Assembly: GCA_021796275.1 (NCBI GenBank)
Contig: JAJYOI010000001.1
Coordinates: 6,803 to 70,802, forward strand
Origin: Bacteroidota bacterium
Lineage (GTDB): Bacteria; Bacteroidota; Ignavibacteria; UBA10030; UBA8401
Reading direction: 5' to 3'
DNA: 64,000 bases
The first letter of the stretch is position 1, and every line of letters starts with the position of its first letter. The position numbers and the translations under genes were made by a program. The notes beneath the pieces were generated by a model. That model had not been told where the DNA came from and did no database searches. It saw only the letters and a list, made by a program, of their open reading frames with translations. Positions 58,346-64,000 of this stretch are shown in pieces.

Positions 58346-59797
58346 CTAAATTCTAAATCTCATTCCCAACGTGAACGATGCATAACGGAAACTGTTCGGA
58401 TTCGTTAACAGCGAAAGACTTTCGGTTGCCAAATCCAAATCCCAAATCGGAGTATTAATTCCAAATCCTCCTGAAAATGTAAAGCGGTCTCTTCCGCCCG
58501 CAGATATTCCAAGCCGAATCGGAAACGCCATCACCGGACGATATTCCATTCCAAGAGCAAACCGCGGTGTTGTAGTATTTCCCGGCTCGTTGTTAAATCC
58601 AAAATGCAGATCGGCCGCCAGCAGCAATCTTCCCGGAAATGAAGTAATAAACGGCGCTTCATCAAGTTGAAACGCAGCTCCAATGTGCATTGCTGTCGGC
58701 AGCTTCGTCGTGAAACCGGTTGTATCGTACTGCTGGCCTTTGAACGCATTCTTAATCGAATCCTGCTGCTGCTGTGGATTGTTGATGGTCAAGTTCGCGC
58801 TGCCAACAATCACTTTCGTGTTTTTTGACCAATCAACGCTTCCAATATCGGTTATGCTGACGCCAACACGCAATGCCGGAAACAAAACGGATGAAGAAAC
58901 TCCAACGTCGAAACCTGTGCCTTTGCCCAGCGGACTGAAAAGATTATTAGTAATACTATCTTGTGGAAAGCTTGCCTTGAACTGCTGAAAATCTACCGCC
59001 GCATGTAATTTTACATCATCCGGCACACCGGGAGTTTGACTTGGAGTAACGATATTTTCAAGTGTGCCTGTATAATGATCAGTACCGAAATATCCAAATC
59101 CTTGAATAACCTTTATCCCGACGCCGACGCTGATGTCACTAAATATCTTGAAATCGAACGGCAGGATGCGCGCGTACGTGAAATTATATTCACGTAACCA
59201 CGAAGCCGTGATCGCAGTGTTATCCAAAGAATACGTGGCGCCATTTGCGGGCAGGCCATTCAATAAAAATTGTAAGTAACCTTCGGGAATATCAAGGTTC
59301 ATCGCGACCCGGTCGCTTACCGCAAATCCAATGCCGCCGAGAGTTTTGCTTTCAATACTCAAGCCAAATTCATTGATGTCAAAATTCAATTGCGTGTGCG
59401 CAATACCGCCCGGAAAAAGTCCCAAAATTGATTGCTTGTCAGCATCAGATAATGCTTTTCCGACGCGAATCGTGCTGCCGTCCGGCTTGACGCTATCAAC
59501 ACCGGTGAAATAATCCTGATAGATTTGGTAGTTGATGAAATCACTGCCGGCCTTCACGCCGAATGGCGCAATCTGAAATGTCACTGTGCTGCCCCGGTCG
59601 TCAAGAGCAAGATTGGCAGGATTGAGTCCCATCGCATCAAGACCGCGCGACGATGCGACGTACGTTCTCGCCATGCCAACCGTTCTTCCAGAGACACGGT
59701 CGTTTCCCGCTATGGATGTGTTGATGCCAACCACACCCAGAATTACAACGCTCATCACCATCGCGGTGAAATGTTTTCGTTGAAATACGTTGTTCAT
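58346..59797 (-). CDS. FadL/OmpP1/TodX/PorV-family outer-membrane beta-barrel of 483 aa
   Basis: Signal peptide. N-terminal hatch motif GMARTYVASSRGLDAMGLNPANLALDD (compare FadL [26 protein letters not shown]). Alternating amphipathic strands. C-terminal ...FTLGMRFRI. Confidence 0.5.
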   Translation of the reverse strand: MNNVFQRKHFTAMVMSVVILGVVGINTSIAGNDRVSGRTVGMARTYVASSRGLDAMGLNPANLALDDRGSTVTFQIAPFGVKAGSDFINYQIYQDYFTGVDSVKPDGSTIRVGKALSDADKQSILGLFPGGIAHTQLNFDINEFGLSIESKTLGGIGFAVSDRVAMNLDIPEGYLQFLLNGLPANGATYSLDNTAITASWLREYNFTYARILPFDFKIFSDISVGVGIKVIQGFGYFGTDHYTGTLENIVTPSQTPGVPDDVKLHAAVDFQQFKASFPQDSITNNLFSPLGKGTGFDVGVSSSVLFPALRVGVSITDIGSVDWSKNTKVIVGSANLTINNPQQQQDSIKNAFKGQQYDTTGFTTKLPTAMHIGAAFQLDEAPFITSFPGRLLLAADLHFGFNNEPGNTTTPRFALGMEYRPVMAFPIRLGISAGGRDRFTFSGGFGINTPIWDLDLATESLSLLTNPNSFRYASFTLGMRFRI

Positions 59798-59842
59798 TTT
59801 TTTCTCCTGAAACTCGATGAACGATGATTTTGGATGTGATTG

Positions 59843-62074
59843 TTATTTTTTGCTGCTAAAGTCAACATTGAAAACTATATTGGCAGAAACAACAAGATGA
59901 ATTTTGTTGGTAGTATTGAACGAAACAGGCTGACCGGTATTGCCAGCAGTTTTCAATGCAATCTGAACTGTCATAAAATCTGCTGACGTAAACTTCTCAA
60001 CATCGGCAGGAGTAAGGCTAACAAAACTGCCGCTTGTTCCCGTTCCTCCGCCGGTAAAATAGCGGGAACTGTCGGCAATAATTGGAGGATCACCATTATG
60101 CGGAAGTGAAATAAGCAGGTTTGTCGTATCCGGCTTCGACGAATCTGCCGCCATTGCCTTAAACATTGCAGCGCTCACATCAAGCTGGAATGGAAAATCG
60201 TTCTCAATCTTGAAAAAGATGGAACCGTTATCCACTTTTGAATAGGTGCTTTTATTTATATTTTGTTTCCCCAACGCCACGGTATCGCGCAGCACGCCAT
60301 TCATAATGCCGACACGCACAGGAAAAGAGAAATCTACTGAAGTGTAAATGCTGTCTCCGACTTTCACCGTGCCGCTACTCAGTGAATCCAAATACACATC
60401 CATTGGATCTATGACGGCATTTCCATCGACCAATAATTTATCCGGCAGGCGTCCGTTTCTGCCAAAAAAGCTGGAAAGAAAACGAGCGACGCCGGTGCCT
60501 TTCGTAAAAACAATTTGAGCAGAATCGCCGGGCAGTATCCTAAACGCATTTCGTCCCGGCGAATGCGGAACTTCCAGAGAATCGCCGCGATTGCCGTCTT
60601 TATCTAAAGCAATGATTGTCATGTTCAGATCAGTCGGAAACAATCCTGTGCTCAAAATATTAACGGTGATCGTTACAGAATCGAACGAAATACTGTCAGC
60701 CCTAAATTTATCTCCCAAATCGCCGATTGATGCAGGCATTTCAAAATGAATCGTCTCCGGCGTTGGTTTCACTTTCCCGCGAACATTGCTGATCGTATAC
60801 GGAATTGTGTTTCCTTGAAGATCCTTATCGGGATATATTCCTGCAACAACTGAATCATCTTTTGAAATCACTCGCTTGTCGGTCGTTCGAACCAAGGTCT
60901 TGATGCTGAGCGAGAAGTGAACCACTTTAGTTGACAAGGTGTCAATTTCTGCGCCGATAGTATCTATGTGCTGGGACTGAAGCACATAATCCTGCATCAA
61001 AACAGGCATATCGTATGTGCTCTTTCCACTCACAATCACTGAATCGCTGGGCGCACCAATGCCTCCCTCTTTCAATTTAAATGGCTCATTCGTTGCTTTA
61101 TCAATGAATTCATCCAGCTTAAAGTCAACCACAATGTCAGTTGCTATATCATTCACAATTTTGATATGAAAACTTCCGCCGCTGAACTCAGCACGAAACA
61201 CGCCAGTGGAATCATCCAATTTCTGAACCGAGTCGCGTACATTCACTAACGGATAATCGCCTGTCAATTGCACTTTCGCAGAATTAAGCCCGGCATTCGT
61301 AATCTGCATTACCGCTGCAATATGATCGGTTGATTGAATTGTTTTGCCGTGGATCTGATCCGTTTGAAGCGTGAAGCTCATGTGCATCTTCGCATCCATT
61401 CTGATTCCTGCAAGATCGGATGTTGCCGATTGCGAAGTGTTCGGGCTGATGACGCCGGCAAAATTGAACGTTGCCACAACGGTATTGTCTGAATCGTTCA
61501 CAATTCTGATTCCAGACGGAAAACTGATGCCAAACGAAAACGTGTTCGTGACCGTCAATGTCATTGTACCAGTCTCAAAAATCATCCAGTCGTATGTTGC
61601 TGAAGGATTGCCAATGTCTATCGGAGCCGGAGTAACAGTAGTATCATTCCCCGGATACGGAATTGGGTTACCTAAAAATGTCGGCGGATCTTGACCGAAC
61701 ATATCTTTAAATGTCGCCGTAAATCCGGGAAGCGCAGGAATATCCAACGGAACCACTCCCAGCTTATTTGTCACTTGACCTTGAGCCGGATTCAATGTTG
61801 GAATCTGTATTCCGGTCGGATTATTCTTTACCGACGACGGCCGGTAAATGACATTGATGCCCGAGGATGTATCAAACTTCGGATCCTTCTTGATCATGTC
61901 GGCAAAAGTGAATGTGCGGTCAAGCAGCGGAATTGTAAGCTGCGTTTTCCACGTCGGAGCAACAGGCTCAAGAGGCGCTTTGACACATTCGTATGAAAGC
62001 GGAAGCAAGCTCACAAGAAGAAGATAGAATATTCCCTTTTTGAGCTTCGTCTTTCGACTGAGCGATAGTGGCAT
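59843..62074 (-). CDS. Large secreted, possibly lipidated beta-rich surface protein of 743 aa
   Basis: N-terminus MPLSLSRKTKLKKGIFYLLLVSLLPLSYEC is signal-like with a Cys. The mature part is Thr/Ser/Asn/Gly-rich, consistent with Ig-like or beta-sandwich repeats. It is co-oriented with, and 45 nt upstream of, the FadL-like gene. Confidence 0.5.
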   Translation of the reverse strand: MPLSLSRKTKLKKGIFYLLLVSLLPLSYECVKAPLEPVAPTWKTQLTIPLLDRTFTFADMIKKDPKFDTSSGINVIYRPSSVKNNPTGIQIPTLNPAQGQVTNKLGVVPLDIPALPGFTATFKDMFGQDPPTFLGNPIPYPGNDTTVTPAPIDIGNPSATYDWMIFETGTMTLTVTNTFSFGISFPSGIRIVNDSDNTVVATFNFAGVISPNTSQSATSDLAGIRMDAKMHMSFTLQTDQIHGKTIQSTDHIAAVMQITNAGLNSAKVQLTGDYPLVNVRDSVQKLDDSTGVFRAEFSGGSFHIKIVNDIATDIVVDFKLDEFIDKATNEPFKLKEGGIGAPSDSVIVSGKSTYDMPVLMQDYVLQSQHIDTIGAEIDTLSTKVVHFSLSIKTLVRTTDKRVISKDDSVVAGIYPDKDLQGNTIPYTISNVRGKVKPTPETIHFEMPASIGDLGDKFRADSISFDSVTITVNILSTGLFPTDLNMTIIALDKDGNRGDSLEVPHSPGRNAFRILPGDSAQIVFTKGTGVARFLSSFFGRNGRLPDKLLVDGNAVIDPMDVYLDSLSSGTVKVGDSIYTSVDFSFPVRVGIMNGVLRDTVALGKQNINKSTYSKVDNGSIFFKIENDFPFQLDVSAAMFKAMAADSSKPDTTNLLISLPHNGDPPIIADSSRYFTGGGTGTSGSFVSLTPADVEKFTSADFMTVQIALKTAGNTGQPVSFNTTNKIHLVVSANIVFNVDFSSKK

Positions 62075-62362
62075 TTAAATCCTCCGGATTAAAGCAAAAA
62101 AATTGCGTTCAATAAAAAATTACTTTTGTCTTCATTTCTTGCACAAAGTAACATTCGTCTTCGTTATCCACTTTGATACCTGTCACGTTGCGCTTAAAAA
62201 GTGTTCACAAAGAACAACGCTCGTGTACATCGGCGAATACGTGTGATATAACTTCATCAGAACATCACCAGCAACTGAAAAGTATCTATCTCTACATCAA
62301 CAACATACGTTCGCTGTATACTAATATCAATCACACAAAAGTTGTATTTTTAGTGCTGATGG

Positions 62363-62695
62363 TTAGTGAATCTTTTCGTCTTTGGTAGGAATTTGAAATC
62401 CGAAATTCGACACTGGTGGTGTATCTCCGGCGATTTTGATTTCTCCGAATTTGCCTTCATACTTCTCAATATTATCCTTCAACGCATTAAGAAGAAGCTT
62501 GGCATGCTGCGGCGTCATCACAATGCGGGCAAAAACTTTTGCTTTCGGCACACCGGGGAGAATACGAGTAAAATCGATAACGAACTCCGCCGGCGAATGT
62601 GTTATAATGGCAAGGTTAGAGTAAATACCTTCTGCTTCTTTTTCACCAAGCTCGACATTAATTTGCTGACCCTGTGGCGGCTGCTGAGTTGACAT
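62363..62695 (-). CDS. DUF3467-family small protein
   Basis: About 110 aa. Conserved core NLAIITHSPAEFVIDFTRILPG...ARIVMTPQHAKLL. Start at MSTQQPP. Confidence 0.55.
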   Translation of the reverse strand: MSTQQPPQGQQINVELGEKEAEGIYSNLAIITHSPAEFVIDFTRILPGVPKAKVFARIVMTPQHAKLLLNALKDNIEKYEGKFGEIKIAGDTPPVSNFGFQIPTKDEKIH

Positions 62696-62705
62696 GAATA
62701 CTCCT

Positions 62706-64000
62706 TTATTTCTTGCCTTCGCGAATTTCATCGGCTTTTTTATAGGCTTCCATTGCTTTGTCCTGCTGATTTAAATTTGCATACACTTGCCCAAGAAGCT
62801 CCCACATTTGAACATCGCTGTCTTTTTTCTTAACGACTTGTTCCAAATAAGGAAGCGCAAGTTTGAACTTTTCTTTATAGCCAGCATCTTCTTTGCCTTC
62901 TTCCTTCGCTTTTTCTTGCTCTGCAACACCCCAGTTCACATACGCAGCCGCAAGGTTATACAAAGCATTATCAAATGTTGAATCAACCCGAAACGCTTCC
63001 TTGAATTGGTCAATCGCGTCAACATAGTTTGAATCTTTGAGGAAGAAAACACCGAGATTGTAATGATCAAATTTGCTGTCCGGGTATTTCTTTACACGTG
63101 CGACCAGCAATTGACGCGCTTCTTCGTTTCGTTCTGCTCCGATGTACGAATTCATCAGGTTTTCGGAAATCTCCGCATCTTCCGGAAATAATTGTATTCC
63201 CTTTTTCAATATATCCACTGCCTTATTGTACAGATCAATTGCAAGCCGATAATCCGTCGAATCAATCTTTGGCGCATACGGCGTGCTGTATTTCATTGCA
63301 GCAACGATGTCCCCTTCCACAGTTAACGTAAGATTATATTGAGCGTATGACCATTCTTCTTTCACTTCCGCCGCTGATTTCTTTTTCTTTTTTTCCGGCT
63401 CCAGATTTTTCACCGAAGAAGGCTCGCCAAGAATATATTTTGCGTCTGCAGCTTTCATTTTTTCATGGATCGAAGCAAGATTTTTGATCGCCGTGAAAGC
63501 ATCGCGGTTCGTATCCGTAAAACGCGATTTGAGCACTGTCGCACTGTCAAGATAAATTCTTCCCAACAATCTACACGCAAGATTATCCTGAGCTTTATCA
63601 AACGCCGTAGTGAAACTTGCGATGGCATTATCAATCATGCTGGCACGATAATATGCCAATCCAAGATTGCGATATGTGAGTGTGCTTTCAGGCAGTACAT
63701 AAATTGCCGTAGTAAACAAATCAATCGCCGTGCCGTATCCTGTCGAATCCGATGCATTATTAATCGCTTCCACGCCTTGATTAAAAAGATGTCCCCACAC
63801 CGAAAGCTCATGTCCTTTAATTTCTTTTTGATGCGTCGGAGCAATCGCGAGCGCTTTGTCAAAGGCATCTTTCATTTTTTTGTAGTCTTTCAATTCCGCC
63901 TGCACCTCGCCAAGCAAAAAATAGCCTTCTTCGCTCTTCGGATTTTTTGCCACTTCCTTTTCCAACTGTTCCACCGCTTTCGGATAATCTTTGCGCTGAA
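62706..64000 (-). CDS. TPR-repeat protein. It is partial: the N-terminus lies beyond the window end.
   Basis: Multiple TPR-like repeats (AL.LG..Y, YY.LG..). The frame stays open upstream of the GTG at 63974 to position 64000. The stop at 62706 is only 11 nt from the DUF3467 start. Confidence 0.7.
   Translation of the reverse strand, partial: QRKDYPKAVEQLEKEVAKNPKSEEGYFLLGEVQAELKDYKKMKDAFDKALAIAPTHQKEIKGHELSVWGHLFNQGVEAINNASDSTGYGTAIDLFTTAIYVLPESTLTYRNLGLAYYRASMIDNAIASFTTAFDKAQDNLACRLLGRIYLDSATVLKSRFTDTNRDAFTAIKNLASIHEKMKAADAKYILGEPSSVKNLEPEKKKKKSAAEVKEEWSYAQYNLTLTVEGDIVAAMKYSTPYAPKIDSTDYRLAIDLYNKAVDILKKGIQLFPEDAEISENLMNSYIGAERNEEARQLLVARVKKYPDSKFDHYNLGVFFLKDSNYVDAIDQFKEAFRVDSTFDNALYNLAAAYVNWGVAEQEKAKEEGKEDAGYKEKFKLALPYLEQVVKKKDSDVQMWELLGQVYANLNQQDKAMEAYKKADEIREGKK

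Overview
This is a 64 kb chromosomal segment from an AT-rich bacterium. The gene content suggests the FCB superphylum, possibly Ignavibacteria, Chlorobi or Bacteroidota. The supporting signs are type IX secretion (T9SS) C-terminal sorting domains, PorP/SprF- and FadL/PorV-like outer-membrane barrels, sigma-54 with HslVU, and a canonical sigma-70 promoter (TTGACA-N17-TATATT). I found no rRNA, tRNA, CRISPR array or mobile element.

Positions 1-34826 are one co-directional minus-strand gene array, in this order:
- a partial TonB-like gene and a 1047-aa TPR protein;
- a 7-gene operon of T9SS cargo and outer-membrane proteins, with a type-B CTD cargo next to its cognate PorP/SprF-like barrel;
- nadD;
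- a 7-gene surface-glycan cluster (one GT4, five GT2, one Wzx-like flippase) joined directly to a partial trp operon (truA-trpD-corC-trpC-trpF-trpB);
- housekeeping genes mtaB, rpsA, ispH and cmk.

The plus-strand block at 34.9-39.9 kb encodes a GT2 / UPF0104 flippase-like / GT2 tandem-paralog module and a DUF47-PiT phosphate transporter pair. Further on are an unusually large (about 1190 aa) GH13-like glucan enzyme and a Zn-ribbon/TPR membrane protein, followed by HU and SppA. A copper module follows, made up of an AraC regulator with an N-terminal HMA domain, CopZ and the CopA P-type ATPase.

The last plus-strand operon is phosphohexomutase / GHL10 / orphan EutN-CcmL-like BMC vertex protein / DprA. 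After it come a Cys-rich protein, rpoN and hslVU, then a FadL/PorV-like barrel with a 743-aa surface protein, a DUF3467 protein and a TPR protein that runs off the window end.

The most unusual items are the orphan BMC-vertex homolog, which is translationally coupled inside a cell-wall/DNA-uptake operon, and the large T9SS surface operon. The duplicated GT2-flippase module and a 420-bp hairpin-rich non-coding region are also notable.
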